This document shows, in pieces, positions 47,780 to 58,878 of a DNA stretch of 64,000 nt; positions within the stretch are counted from its first letter, which is position 1; every line of letters starts with the position of its first letter. Source of the stretch: Leptospira sp. (GTDB lineage: Bacteria; Spirochaetota; Leptospiria; Leptospirales; Leptospiraceae). The DNA lies in assembly GCA_034439575.1 (NCBI GenBank), contig JAWXAQ010000007.1:96001-160000 (forward strand). Direction: 5' to 3'. Both the position numbers and the translations under genes were made by a program. The notes under the pieces were generated by a model. That model was not told the DNA's origin and made no database searches. It saw only the letters and a program-made list of their open reading frames with translations.

Positions 47780-49359
47780 ACAAATTCTCCTTGTTTGACG
47801 GGTAGAAGTAAAGTAAAAATAGCCCCGCCATCTTCATGATTATCTGCATATAGCAATCCATGATGGTCATTTACAATTTCCCTAGATATTGACAATCCTA
47901 GTCCTGTGCCCTTAGTTCCAGCCTTTACTTGTTTGGATTGAATGAATTTTTCAAAAATTTTATCCAAGTCTTCAGGGAGAATGCCAGGTCCAAAATCCCT
48001 AATTTGAATCCCTATTCCTTTTACATACTTTTTCGTCTTCAAAGGTATAAACTCTCTTTCAGTTTTTGTAATTTCAATCACAGTATTGTCGGGAATAAAT
48101 TTCAAAGCATTCGATAGTATGTTTCGTATAACTTGCTGAATACGCTCAAAATCAAACTCAGCCTGCCAACGTTCATTCGAATTTTCAATTTTAATTTGAA
48201 TATTCTTTTTTTCTAATATAAGACTAAGTTCACCAGTCACATATTGTAATGTTTCTTTCAAACAATTTGGTTCAAATAAATACCTCATTTTGCCAGATTC
48301 CAATTTTGCTAAATCTAAAAGGTTTTCTAACAAATTTAACAATCGTTTTCCGGATGTATCTATGATTTGAAAGTATTCTTGTAATTTTTGTGGATTAGCT
48401 AATGTCGCTTTTGAAAACCCAAGTTCAGCATAACTTAAAATAGCATGAATTGGAGTTTTTAATTCATGCGAAATATTTGCAAGAAATAGTGATTTCATTT
48501 GAGATGCTTCTTCCGCGACTTCTTTAGCAATTTTTAAATCTAAGGTTTGTTGCTCTACTAATTCCTCTAAGTGATTTCGATAATGGAAAATTTCTTCTTC
48601 TTGTTGTCTACGAATCGTAATATCTCGTATGATACCAAAAAACATCTTTCCAGTATTTGTTTTAAATTCTCCGACAGATATATCGCAAGGAAAAGAATCA
48701 CCATTTTTCCTTAATCCTTGTGACTCAAATTGCGATTGGGCCAAATTTTCCCAAGCATTCGCATTACCAGTATTAACTAATTTTGGTAGAATGCCATAAA
48801 TTTCTCTTGAAAGTATTTCTTCCTGTTTATATCCAAACGAAATTTCTGCAGCCTTATTGAAAAATTGTATGATACCTGATTCATTGAAGATCACTATAGA
48901 ATCTGCAGCATTCTGAGCCATTGATAAAAATCTAGATTCACTCTCTAGAAATGCCGCTTCTAAACGTTTACGTTCCGTTATATCACGATGTGTTGAAACA
49001 ATATATCCTTCATATATTACAACGAATCTTACTTCTGCAAATCGGACTTCATCAGTAGAATTATATTCATATTCTTTCCAGAAGACTTGATTCTTTTTAA
49101 TACTTAAATATCCAATTGCTTCTTCGGCAAGTTTACTTAAATAAGGAGGCAATCCTTCCCATAATTGTTTACCTACGATTTCTTCATTGGATTTTCCCAT
49201 CGTCATATAACGAGAAGGTTTAAAATCTACTATCAAACCATCGAAAGTAAATTTTAGCCAAAAATCTGGATTTGAGCGTAAAAGATTTTCAAGTTCGCGT
49301 AATACTTCTTCGGAAGTAAAAGCCCTTGGATTTTGCCAAATTCTTTTTAATTGATTCAT
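47776..49359 (-). CDS. PAS-domain sensor histidine kinase
   Basis: PAS domains; 'FLANISHELKTP'; 'NILSNALKF', 'DFGPGI', 'GTGLGL'. Overlaps the regulator start. Confidence 0.92.
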   Translation of the reverse strand: MNQLKRIWQNPRAFTSEEVLRELENLLRSNPDFWLKFTFDGLIVDFKPSRYMTMGKSNEEIVGKQLWEGLPPYLSKLAEEAIGYLSIKKNQVFWKEYEYNSTDEVRFAEVRFVVIYEGYIVSTHRDITERKRLEAAFLESESRFLSMAQNAADSIVIFNESGIIQFFNKAAEISFGYKQEEILSREIYGILPKLVNTGNANAWENLAQSQFESQGLRKNGDSFPCDISVGEFKTNTGKMFFGIIRDITIRRQQEEEIFHYRNHLEELVEQQTLDLKIAKEVAEEASQMKSLFLANISHELKTPIHAILSYAELGFSKATLANPQKLQEYFQIIDTSGKRLLNLLENLLDLAKLESGKMRYLFEPNCLKETLQYVTGELSLILEKKNIQIKIENSNERWQAEFDFERIQQVIRNILSNALKFIPDNTVIEITKTEREFIPLKTKKYVKGIGIQIRDFGPGILPEDLDKIFEKFIQSKQVKAGTKGTGLGLSISREIVNDHHGLLYADNHEDGGAIFTLLLPVKQGEFV

Positions 49360-49472
49360 TCGAATATTGCTATTGATTAAGGATTCGAAATCAGCTTACA
49401 AACAAGGATATATTTCGGAAAGAAATTGTAAGTTTCAGTAAAGAAAAAAGGCTGAACTTAAAGAAGCTCATT

Positions 49473-50543
49473 GTGATCTACGAGAACCTATTAAAACCTA
49501 TTCTTTTCCAATTGGATCCGGAATCAGCTCATCATTTTGCAGCCTCACTGATAAATCTTTCAAAAAATATTCCCTTTTTTCATCATTCTCTGCGTATGCT
49601 CTTGGAATACCGATCAGATAGACTCAGGCAGTCAATTTGGGGCATAGAATTTAAAAACCCTATCGGACTGGCGGCAGGTTTCGACAAAACTGCTGAACTT
49701 TATCCCTCTTTAGTCAATATGGGTTTTGGATTCATTGAAATCGGCACTATTACTGCTAAGGAACAACCTGGAAATGATCTACCACGACTCTTTCGTTATC
49801 CAAAAGAAAAAGCTTTAATCAATAGGATGGGTTTTAATAACCCTGGAGCAGATAAAACCGAGCTTACATTAAAAAGACAAAAGAAAACAGGCATTAGGGG
49901 AATCAACGCAGGTAAATCAAAAATTACACCTATAGAAGAATCTACATCCGATTATATTTATACTTTAAAAAAACTTTTACCTTATGCTGATTATGCTGTA
50001 ATTAACATCAGTTCACCAAATACTCCAGGCTTACGTTCCTTACAAAATAAAAAATCTTTGATTGACCTGATAGATGGAATTCAAAGTGAATTTGGAAATA
50101 AATTTCCTGTTCCATTATTTTTTAAATTTGCACCCGATCTTACTTTTGATGAATTAAAAGAAAATTTGGAGATTTGCCTTTCAAAGAAAATTGATGGAGT
50201 CATACTTACAAATACCACTTTAGATAAAGGATTATTAGGCGAAGGTAGCTTTCCAGAAGGCGGATTATCTGGTGCCCCTCTATTCGAAAAATCACTTTCT
50301 TTTGTTTCGGAAGCTTATAAAATATTACAGGGCAATATACCAATCATCGGAGTTGGTGGTATTGATTCTGGCGAAAAGGCATTAAAAATGATATTAGCTG
50401 GTGCTAATTTACTTCAAGTCTATACAGGTTACATTTATGAAGGTCCATTCCTTCCCAACCAAATATGTGCTTTCTTAGATAAATATTTGAAAAACAATAA
50501 ATATAATCATATTTCAGAGATCGTCGGACTAAATCACAAATAA
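49473..50543 (+). CDS. pyrD: Dihydroorotate dehydrogenase (quinone), class 2
   Basis: 'GLAAGFDK', 'INRMGFNN', 'NISSPNTPGLR', 'TNTT', 'GGLSG'. Confidence 0.95.
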   Translation: MIYENLLKPILFQLDPESAHHFAASLINLSKNIPFFHHSLRMLLEYRSDRLRQSIWGIEFKNPIGLAAGFDKTAELYPSLVNMGFGFIEIGTITAKEQPGNDLPRLFRYPKEKALINRMGFNNPGADKTELTLKRQKKTGIRGINAGKSKITPIEESTSDYIYTLKKLLPYADYAVINISSPNTPGLRSLQNKKSLIDLIDGIQSEFGNKFPVPLFFKFAPDLTFDELKENLEICLSKKIDGVILTNTTLDKGLLGEGSFPEGGLSGAPLFEKSLSFVSEAYKILQGNIPIIGVGGIDSGEKALKMILAGANLLQVYTGYIYEGPFLPNQICAFLDKYLKNNKYNHISEIVGLNHK

Positions 50544-51728
50544 ATGAGCAAAATACATTGCACTCACTTCGGATTATGCGGAGGATGTTCTTCGCTAAAC
50601 ATAGATTATGGTAAAGAATTAGTAAAAAAAGAAACTCTCATAAAAGAATTATTTAATGACCTAAGGCATCTTCAGTTTCGACCCATAATCCCTAGTCCAA
50701 ATTCAGAACTTTATCGATACAAACTTCAATTGCCTTTTGGTAGAAGGACCATTGGCAGAAAAACACTCACTACCTTAGGACTCTTTAATATTGAGTCCTC
50801 ATTCATTGTAGATCAAACCGAATGTCAAATTCAAGAACCAGCTCTTTCGGAAATAGCACAAGCTGTCAAATTGTGGGCAAGAAAAGAGGGTTTACCACCT
50901 TACAATGAAAAATCGAGAAAAGGGATTCTTAAATATTTGGTGGCGAGAAAATCATTTTCTACTAATGAAATATTGGTAGGTATCGTCACCAACCAAGAAG
51001 ACCTACCCCATCCAAAGGATATGTCAAAACGATTACACAATCATATTACAGATCGTATCGGTAAATCTGGCAAATATGGAAAGTTAGTTGGCATCATACA
51101 AAATATTAATTTAAGACATACAAGCATGGCACTAGGTAAGGATGAAAATCTTTTATGGGGCCGACCTTATATGAATGAATTTGTCGGGAAATTTAAGTAT
51201 AGAGTAGGATTATCTACTTTTTTACAGGTAAATCCTGCACAAACACCTAGTTTATACAATCTTATATTGGACGAAATAACTCCAGGATCCAAAGTCATAG
51301 ATGCTTACTCTGGGATTGGTACAATCGCATTATGGATATCAGGCGTTGCAAAAGAAGTCCTAGGTCTTGAAGACAATCCAAATTCACACAAAACAGCTAT
51401 TGAAGCCTTAAAAGTAAATCATATTAGAAATGTAAGGTACAGGAGAGGACGAGTCAATGAATCCCTCCCGAGCGTAGTCAATAAAGACTTTAGTACAATC
51501 GTTATCGATCCACCTAGAACTGGTATCGGTGAAGAAGTTGCTAATATCATATCAGACTCCACCTTACAAAAGATAATTTATGTTTCATGTGATCCAAAAA
51601 CGCTTAGAGAAGACACCAGATTTTTATCAAAAAACTTTTTTTTGAACTCATTGCAACCAGTTGATATGTTTCCTCGCACTGAACATTTGGAAACGGTTGC
51701 CGTATTTACAAGAAAATCTCAAATTTGA
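50544..51728 (+). CDS. rlmD: 23S rRNA (uracil-C5)-methyltransferase RlmD family
   Basis: 'C.HFGLCGGC' Fe-S motif, 'FLQVN', 'DAYSGIG', 'DPPR', 'YVSC', 'DMFP.T.H.E'. Confidence 0.88.
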   Translation: MSKIHCTHFGLCGGCSSLNIDYGKELVKKETLIKELFNDLRHLQFRPIIPSPNSELYRYKLQLPFGRRTIGRKTLTTLGLFNIESSFIVDQTECQIQEPALSEIAQAVKLWARKEGLPPYNEKSRKGILKYLVARKSFSTNEILVGIVTNQEDLPHPKDMSKRLHNHITDRIGKSGKYGKLVGIIQNINLRHTSMALGKDENLLWGRPYMNEFVGKFKYRVGLSTFLQVNPAQTPSLYNLILDEITPGSKVIDAYSGIGTIALWISGVAKEVLGLEDNPNSHKTAIEALKVNHIRNVRYRRGRVNESLPSVVNKDFSTIVIDPPRTGIGEEVANIISDSTLQKIIYVSCDPKTLREDTRFLSKNFFLNSLQPVDMFPRTEHLETVAVFTRKSQI

Positions 51729-53272
51729 TTTAATACTTGTTTGCTTGCAATTTTACTAAAAGCCATAATTGTAAAACTCGGATCTACACTCACACCCGTA
51801 GGAAATACAGAAGAATCTGATACAAATAGATTTTTAAAACCGTGCACTCTATGGCTAGAATCCACCACCGAATCAAAAACAGTTTTTCCCATTCGGCAAC
51901 CACCAGCGGGATGAGGGGCCGCCATTGGAAATTCAGCTGGTTTCCATTGAAGGGAATCAATATCTTCTTTTTTCGGAATTTTTGAAAAACGAATCAATTT
52001 ACTTCCTGGTAAAAAAACTTCTTTGGCACCTGCTTGGAAGTTTAAAACTATTTGTTTGTAAGTTAAATCATTAAATATTTGTTTGGTGATACTTCCAAAA
52101 GGATAATGAATTTTTCGATCTCCAAATTGATTCACCTCAATACGTCCAAGTTCTGATGGAACATCATCTATCCAGCCTATTGTACCGCCAAGATTTGGTA
52201 ATTGTTTCATATAATGAAAGTGATCCTTTCCGAAACCTGGAAGTAATGCGGCAAGCGTTGCTGGTTGCAATTGATTTGGCATAAGCATGTATCCTCCCTT
52301 AGAATACTTACCATTTTGGTATTCTGCTAATCGGAATGAATCTATACCAAAAGCGGCAGGGATGTTACGCCATTGTATGATAGGCTCATCAAATAGTGCA
52401 TGAACCATAGGAGAAGGGTTAATAGCTAGATATTCACCTAATTTGGGCAAACGATCTTTTAATCCATTTCGTAATAAAAAAGTAGAGCTACCAAATCCAC
52501 CAGCGGCTATGACCACGGCCTTCGACTTAAAAATAACTTTTTTAGAATCTTCTTTTTGCGACTTACGATTGATAACATGTGTTTCTAAACCACTAACCTG
52601 ATTTCCATTTTTTATTAATTTTATGGCTCGAAGATCAGTATAGACCTCCAAACCTAGGCTGACTGCTCGTGGAATATGTGTGACAAGTTGTGATTGTTTT
52701 GCACCGAAGATACATCCTTGCATACAATGTCCAGATTTCTGACAATTTTTTCTTGCCTGTGGTACATTGTGTCCTTCCCAACCTAATTCTTTTGCAGACC
52801 TACGAAATAATTGATTCATTCGATTGAAATATTCTTCGCTAGCAGGAGAAACATACAAATCTGATTCTAATTCTTGCCAATGTGGTTTCAAATCATCAGG
52901 TAAATGATGATCTACTCCGTAATTCTTATGCCACAACAGCAAACGGTCATCAGGTGTTCTGTAACTGTCTGCCCAATAATGAACGGACGCACCACCCAGA
53001 TTGTTTCCATATACTAATGATACTCCCCCATCTGAAGTGGTATGAAAATTTCTCTCCGCTGAAATTTTACCCGCCATATTTAATTCATAATTATCAAATG
53101 TACCAGTATGATAATTACCACCTTGCTCGACTAAGGCGACTTTAACTCCCTTTTTTGCCAATTCGTATGCCATTGTCGCACCACCACAACCCGATCCTAT
53201 GACGACAACATCAACAAAAATCTCTTCGCCACTGACATATGATTTCCAATCCCGATAAAACCCTGATTTCAT
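51719..53272 (-). CDS. GMC-family FAD oxidoreductase
   Basis: 'VVIGSGCGG', 'LGG.SV', Cys cluster 'C..SGHCMQGC', 'HP.GGCRMG', 'DSSVFP'. Start moved to ATG 53272 (ATGA overlap with the upstream gene). Confidence 0.9.
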   Translation of the reverse strand: MKSGFYRDWKSYVSGEEIFVDVVVIGSGCGGATMAYELAKKGVKVALVEQGGNYHTGTFDNYELNMAGKISAERNFHTTSDGGVSLVYGNNLGGASVHYWADSYRTPDDRLLLWHKNYGVDHHLPDDLKPHWQELESDLYVSPASEEYFNRMNQLFRRSAKELGWEGHNVPQARKNCQKSGHCMQGCIFGAKQSQLVTHIPRAVSLGLEVYTDLRAIKLIKNGNQVSGLETHVINRKSQKEDSKKVIFKSKAVVIAAGGFGSSTFLLRNGLKDRLPKLGEYLAINPSPMVHALFDEPIIQWRNIPAAFGIDSFRLAEYQNGKYSKGGYMLMPNQLQPATLAALLPGFGKDHFHYMKQLPNLGGTIGWIDDVPSELGRIEVNQFGDRKIHYPFGSITKQIFNDLTYKQIVLNFQAGAKEVFLPGSKLIRFSKIPKKEDIDSLQWKPAEFPMAAPHPAGGCRMGKTVFDSVVDSSHRVHGFKNLFVSDSSVFPTGVSVDPSFTIMAFSKIASKQVLNQI

Positions 53273-53817
53273 TTTTGGTTCCGAAGCATTTCTTGATAAT
53301 AAATCCGAGATTCGCTCCATTTTTCAGGAGGATCACCAAAGGGACCATCATATCCGATCTGTTCCCATGAACTTCGATGTCCATAATAGGCAAGAAATGT
53401 GACTAACTTTAAATTTCCGATTACGGCTCGGATGATATCTGAATTCGTATCATTGCATAACATAAGTAATGCGAATCTGTCCGTTTGATTTAGTTTTTGA
53501 AATTTTGAAAAATATCCATAAAAAAACGGAAGATACTCTAATATAAAAATTGCATTATGAAATTCTTCTTGGATGTCTTCTGAAACAAAAGAAAATTCTT
53601 CATCAAGCCTTCTAATCACCTCGGCCTTAGCAATCGTTGGCATATTGTCTTCTAAGTTTGGTAAAATAGTTTCTGAAAAACACGAAACTATTTCTTGTTC
53701 TCGTTCCGAAAAATATAAAAAATTCTTTTTATCAATCTTACGACAAACGAAAACAAAACTCGAAAAAAATAACCCTGAAACAATTTGAAAAAAATATTTT
53801 CTAGATACCGATGGCAT
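53269..53817 (-). CDS. Gluconate 2-dehydrogenase subunit-3-like partner protein
   Basis: Tat-like 'SRKYFF'; 'ETILP', 'F..L...R...L', 'AYY....W..IGYDGP'; coupled to the GMC gene. Confidence 0.65.
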   Translation of the reverse strand: MPSVSRKYFFQIVSGLFFSSFVFVCRKIDKKNFLYFSEREQEIVSCFSETILPNLEDNMPTIAKAEVIRRLDEEFSFVSEDIQEEFHNAIFILEYLPFFYGYFSKFQKLNQTDRFALLMLCNDTNSDIIRAVIGNLKLVTFLAYYGHRSSWEQIGYDGPFGDPPEKWSESRIYYQEMLRNQK

Positions 53818-54958
53818 ATATTCTTCCAAGACCTTTTTCTTTTTTTCTAATTACAGGAATTGTTTTTTCATTTTTTATTATAAAGGCATCGCCAGTAGAT
53901 TCCAAATCCCAGATTTTTCCTCTAAAAAAAATGTTCATTCCATTAGGAATTTTATATTTCTTTGCTTTACCAAGAAGAGCATATTTTTGCCAAGCTTGAT
54001 ATTCTGTTAGCTTATGAACATCCGATTTATTTACATCACTTGGAGTTTTTTCTCCATTATATCCATTCCATTTTTCATCCCAAGATTTACTTGGTGCGAC
54101 TAACGAAGGTATTGCTATTAATGTGACATTGTTCTTAATTGCTGATTCATAAGGATTTGGATACCAAGAATCAGCGCAGATCATAATTTTGAGATTACCC
54201 AAAGAAGTATTATAAAAAACATCTTCGCTTAAATTTTCTTTAGATAAAAATGATTTTTCTTCTTCAATTAGAAATTGCTTTCGAGTAATATTGGGATGAA
54301 CAACTCCCGTAGAATCAAAATAAAAACTTACGTTTTGTAATGGCCCATCTGATATAGTAATTTTTCCTTCCACAACTTTTGGTTCAGGTAATACAATTGA
54401 ACCTGCTACGATTCCTACTCTATATTCACTTGCCAATTTACTAAATACATTTTGATAGGTTTCTGCCATTCTAAGAGCTTTCATTCTGAACAAAGTTTCT
54501 TTGGTTTTATCTTTCGCATAACTAGTATCAAATAAATATGTCCAGATATATCGAATCAAATGATTGAAAACAAGAGTTTCCATGGCCGCATTGATTGTTT
54601 CTTCTTTGAAAACATTTTGATTTTCACCACTGGCAACTAACCAAGTACCAATGTATTCTGGGAATATGAGAATCGTACGATCAGACTGAAGTAATTCTTC
54701 TTTTTTCGCAGTATCCAGATAAAATTTAAGAAGCTGGTAAAACGTATCCTCTGTTAGGTAATCTTCCTTTTCAAGATAGGGTTCGATACCTAACAAATAA
54801 CCTTTATGTGGTTTCCCCTCAATTTGAATTAGAACATTGGGAATTTTTGATGGTGAGTGTGGAAAATCATTTGTAATGTTCTGATTGGAACAAGACAAGC
54901 TTAACAATGAGAACGAAATGATAAGACCTAAGATCTTGCGATTCATACTTTGGAACAT
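53801..54958 (-). CDS. Carbon-nitrogen hydrolase (nitrilase superfamily) lipoprotein
   Basis: Lipobox 'SLSC'; triad 'FPE', 'RK', 'ICADSW'. Confidence 0.78.
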   Translation of the reverse strand: MFQSMNRKILGLIISFSLLSLSCSNQNITNDFPHSPSKIPNVLIQIEGKPHKGYLLGIEPYLEKEDYLTEDTFYQLLKFYLDTAKKEELLQSDRTILIFPEYIGTWLVASGENQNVFKEETINAAMETLVFNHLIRYIWTYLFDTSYAKDKTKETLFRMKALRMAETYQNVFSKLASEYRVGIVAGSIVLPEPKVVEGKITISDGPLQNVSFYFDSTGVVHPNITRKQFLIEEEKSFLSKENLSEDVFYNTSLGNLKIMICADSWYPNPYESAIKNNVTLIAIPSLVAPSKSWDEKWNGYNGEKTPSDVNKSDVHKLTEYQAWQKYALLGKAKKYKIPNGMNIFFRGKIWDLESTGDAFIIKNEKTIPVIRKKEKGLGRIYAIGI

Positions 54959-55018
54959 TCGAAAGGAACAATATTTTATTGTCTTCCTTCATTTTTCTTT
55001 TACTTTGACTCATAACCT

Positions 55019-56227
55019 ATGAAAGAGAAAAACCCTCCTAAAAAAATCGTACTGGCTTACTCAGGCGGTTTAGATACCTCAGTCATCCTAGCATGGCTTA
55101 AAGATACTTATGGTTGCGAAGTCATCGCGTTTTGTGCTGATGTGGGCCAAAAAGAAGAACTCACTGGCTTAGAAGAAAAAGGAAAAAACACTGGGGCTTC
55201 GAAGGTATTTATAGAAGATTTACGTTTAGAATTTGCTCGAGATTTCATCTATCCAGCCATTCGCGGATCAGCCATTTATGAAATGCGATACTTACTCGGC
55301 ACTTCATTAGCGAGACCACTGATAGCAAAAGCGATGGTCGATGTAGCTTTAAAAGAAGGAGCTGATGCTTTTTCGCATGGTGCCACAGGAAAGGGAAACG
55401 ACCAAGTACGATTTGAACTCACATTTAAAGCATTATCCCCTGATTTACAAATCATTGCCCCTTGGCGTATTTGGGAATTTGGTGGCCGACAAGACTTAGT
55501 AGAATATGCGAAGAAAAAAGGAATACCTGTTCCCGTAACAGCCGCTAAGCCTTATTCGATGGATAGAAATCTTATGCATCTTTCTTTTGAAGGTGGTATA
55601 TTAGAAGATCCGTATACGGAACCCAAGGAAGATATGTTTATTCTCACTGTCTCACCAGAGAAAGCACCCGACAAAGCCACTTATTTAGAGTTAGGTTTTG
55701 AGAAGGGGGATTGTACTTCAATTGATGGAAAAAAAATGAATCCATTAGAAGTTATGGACTTCTTAAACGATGTGGGTGGTAAAAATGGAATCGGTCGTGT
55801 GGACATCGTAGAAAATAGATTGGTTGGGATCAAATCTAGAGGTGTATACGAAACCCCTGGTGGAACGATACTACATACTGCTCATAGAGATCTTGAATCG
55901 ATAACTATAGACCGCGACACTCAACACAAAAAAGACGAACTCTCTCATGAGTTTGCTCGTTATATTTACAACGGCCAATGGTATTCAAATCAAATGAATG
56001 CTTTAAGAGTATTTATGGACTATACACAAACGTCTGTTACGGGAACTGTTCGTATAAAACTTTATAAAGGAACTTGCAGTGTCGTGGGCAGAAAATCTGA
56101 TAAATCCTTATATAACGCTGGATTATCTACTTTCGAAAAAGAAGAATTGTACAATCAGAAAGATGCAGAAGGTTTTATAAACCTCTTTGGTTTACCGATG
56201 AAGGAATGGGCAAGAGTAAGGAAATAA
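55019..56227 (+). CDS. argG: Argininosuccinate synthase
   Basis: '[10 protein letters not shown]', '[13 protein letters not shown]', 'SMDRNL', '[10 protein letters not shown]'. Confidence 0.98.
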   Translation: MKEKNPPKKIVLAYSGGLDTSVILAWLKDTYGCEVIAFCADVGQKEELTGLEEKGKNTGASKVFIEDLRLEFARDFIYPAIRGSAIYEMRYLLGTSLARPLIAKAMVDVALKEGADAFSHGATGKGNDQVRFELTFKALSPDLQIIAPWRIWEFGGRQDLVEYAKKKGIPVPVTAAKPYSMDRNLMHLSFEGGILEDPYTEPKEDMFILTVSPEKAPDKATYLELGFEKGDCTSIDGKKMNPLEVMDFLNDVGGKNGIGRVDIVENRLVGIKSRGVYETPGGTILHTAHRDLESITIDRDTQHKKDELSHEFARYIYNGQWYSNQMNALRVFMDYTQTSVTGTVRIKLYKGTCSVVGRKSDKSLYNAGLSTFEKEELYNQKDAEGFINLFGLPMKEWARVRK

Positions 56228-56228
56228 G

Positions 56229-56723
56229 ATGAAATCCATAGCCATATATCCCGGTTCTTTTGATCCATTTACTAATGGTCACCTTGATATAATTAGGCGT
56301 GCCCATCCTTTATTCGAAAAAATAATTATTGCTGTAGCGATAAACTCAAAAAAATCTTCTCTCTTTTCACCTGAAGAGAGAGTGGATTTGATTAGTCAAA
56401 TTTTCAAGGGATGGGATAAAATCGAAATAGATACTTTCCAAGGTTTAACTGTCGATTATTGCAAATCAAAAAATTCGCATGTCATTCTTCGAGGTCTACG
56501 AGCTGTGACAGACTTTGATTATGAGTATGCGATTTCACTAATGAATAAGAAATTAGCTCCAGATATAGAGACTTTTTTTCTAATGGCGGATAATGAGTAC
56601 TCTTTTGTGTCTTCTACTATAGTCAAAGAAGTAGCACGTCATGGTAGAGCTGTTTCCAATCAAGTTCCAGACATTGTCAATGATGCACTTTTAAAAAAAT
56701 ATCAAAACGGCGAATCACATTAG
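56229..56723 (+). CDS. coaD: Pantetheine-phosphate adenylyltransferase
   Basis: '[14 protein letters not shown]', 'RGLRA..DFDYE', 'SST.VKE'. Confidence 0.97.
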   Translation: MKSIAIYPGSFDPFTNGHLDIIRRAHPLFEKIIIAVAINSKKSSLFSPEERVDLISQIFKGWDKIEIDTFQGLTVDYCKSKNSHVILRGLRAVTDFDYEYAISLMNKKLAPDIETFFLMADNEYSFVSSTIVKEVARHGRAVSNQVPDIVNDALLKKYQNGESH

Positions 56724-56727
56724 CACA

Positions 56728-58836
56728 ATGAAATCTAGATCATCAATTTTCTACCTTGTATCAATCATTGTTTTTGGAATCATTGCCTATTTGATAATTA
56801 ATCTAGGTGGAGAATTAAAAGCTCCCATTCCTGACCAAATCATTCAGGATAAAGATGAACTGTCATTTGATATATTAAAAAAACTTAAACACCCCTTAGC
56901 CTTATTATTTTTACAAATTATTATCGTTTCTGCATTCGCCAGGATACTTGGATATATTTTTTCCAGAAGACTCAAACAACCAAGTGTTATGGGAGAAATC
57001 GTCGCAGGTATTTTACTCGGACCTTCATTATTGGGATATTATTTTCCAGAGATAATGAATTCTCTTTTTCCACCAGCTAGTTTGTCTAACCTAACAACAT
57101 TTAGTCAAATTGGTTTAGTACTTTTTATGTTCATCATAGGAATGGAATTGGACATTAAAATATTAAAATCAAAAGTACATTCAGCTATTATCATCAGTCA
57201 TGCGAGTATTCTATTTCCATTTATATTGGGAATGACGCTTGCATATTATTTATATACTGATTACGCTCCCGCAAATATTTCATTTTTATCTTTTTCTCTC
57301 TTTTTAGGAATTGCTATGAGCATCACAGCTTTTCCTGTTCTGGCACGTATCTTACAAGAAAGAAACTTAACTCGTACCCCACTGGGGGCATTAGTTCTAA
57401 CTTGTGCGGCAGCGGATGATATAACAGCTTGGATACTCCTTGCCATCATCGTCACAATTGCCAAAGCAGGTAACCTTAGTTCTGCACTTTTTACAATTGG
57501 TTTATCATTTACTTATATTTTAGGGATGTTGTTCTTGGTTGCACCATTTCTAAAAAGACTTGGAATGATTTATATCTCCAGGGAAAACCTAACACGCACA
57601 GCCGTTGCGATGATTTTACTTATTGTATTTGGATCTGCATTTACAACAGAAATAATCGGAATACACGCATTATTCGGAGCATTTTTAGCAGGTGTAATCA
57701 TGCCAGCTGAAGGAAATTTGAAAAAATTGATCGCAGAAAAAATAGAAGATTTAGCGGTTATATTATTTCTCCCCATTTTCTTTGTGATAACAGGTTTAAG
57801 AACACAAATAACTCTATTAAATGATCCAAATTTATGGGCAGTTTTGGGACTCGTTATTTCCATCGCAGTAATTGGAAAATTTTTCGGCAGTGCAATGGCT
57901 GCTCGCATTTCAGGTGCTAATTGGGAAGAATCACTTTCCATCGGTGCTTTGATGAATACACGCGGACTAATGGAACTTGTCGTTTTAAATATTGGATATG
58001 ATCTCGGGATTTTAAGTCCTGAAATATTTGCCGTATTTGTCCTCATGGCACTAGTAACCACTCTTTCCACAGGTCCTTTGTTAGATGGGATTCAAAAATG
58101 GTTTTCACATTCGCCATCGGATTCCGTAGCTACAAAAGTTGTTGAAAATAAATTGAAAGTCGTAGTGGCTTTTGCCCAAGAAAAAATGGGAAGTAGCCTT
58201 GTTCGTTTTGCATATGCACTTACCGGAAATCAGAAAAAAAATCTCGATTTGACCGCCTTACATATTTCACCAAATGATACTTTGACCAATGAAGAATTAA
58301 TTCGTTATCGAGAATCTAGTTTTGAAAGTATTCGTGATACTGCCAAAGAAATAGGTATCAATGTAAAAACTGAGTATCGGGTGACAGATAATATTACCTA
58401 TGAAATTGTTAACTTCGCCAAACAATATCAATCCGATCTTTTACTAATTGGAGCTGCAAAACCTTTATTTTCCAGAAGTTATACCGGAGGAAGGATCAAA
58501 AGTATATTAAATTATTCTCCAGCAACTGTAGGTGTACTGATTGATAATGGATTAGAATCTTATGATAAAGTTGGAATACTCTATCACGCAAGTAATGATA
58601 CAATCTTATCCTTTGCCGAAAAATTAACAACTCTCAAAGGGATGAAATCTTCGAAAATAAAAATCAGTGATATCTTACAACCTGAAACAGATTTAAATCC
58701 TGAACCTATCTCAGTCGTTAAATTATCCCCTTATTCTTTATTAATTATTGATCTCAAAGATTGGGAAGAAGCTGGTTTCGAAAAATTGGACAATCTTCCC
58801 ACTTCATTTCTACTCGTCCGATTTTTGCATTCATAA
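56728..58836 (+). CDS. Cation:proton antiporter (CPA2) with C-terminal USP-like domain
   Basis: 'QPSVMGEIVAGILLGP', 'SITAFPVLARIL', 'AAADD', 'LMNTRGL'; C-terminal 'SDLLLIG'. Confidence 0.9.
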   Translation: MKSRSSIFYLVSIIVFGIIAYLIINLGGELKAPIPDQIIQDKDELSFDILKKLKHPLALLFLQIIIVSAFARILGYIFSRRLKQPSVMGEIVAGILLGPSLLGYYFPEIMNSLFPPASLSNLTTFSQIGLVLFMFIIGMELDIKILKSKVHSAIIISHASILFPFILGMTLAYYLYTDYAPANISFLSFSLFLGIAMSITAFPVLARILQERNLTRTPLGALVLTCAAADDITAWILLAIIVTIAKAGNLSSALFTIGLSFTYILGMLFLVAPFLKRLGMIYISRENLTRTAVAMILLIVFGSAFTTEIIGIHALFGAFLAGVIMPAEGNLKKLIAEKIEDLAVILFLPIFFVITGLRTQITLLNDPNLWAVLGLVISIAVIGKFFGSAMAARISGANWEESLSIGALMNTRGLMELVVLNIGYDLGILSPEIFAVFVLMALVTTLSTGPLLDGIQKWFSHSPSDSVATKVVENKLKVVVAFAQEKMGSSLVRFAYALTGNQKKNLDLTALHISPNDTLTNEELIRYRESSFESIRDTAKEIGINVKTEYRVTDNITYEIVNFAKQYQSDLLLIGAAKPLFSRSYTGGRIKSILNYSPATVGVLIDNGLESYDKVGILYHASNDTILSFAEKLTTLKGMKSSKIKISDILQPETDLNPEPISVVKLSPYSLLIIDLKDWEEAGFEKLDNLPTSFLLVRFLHS

Positions 58837-58878
58837 AGATTCGGTTGCTTTTTTGCGTTCTTAGGGCGATCTGGACTT

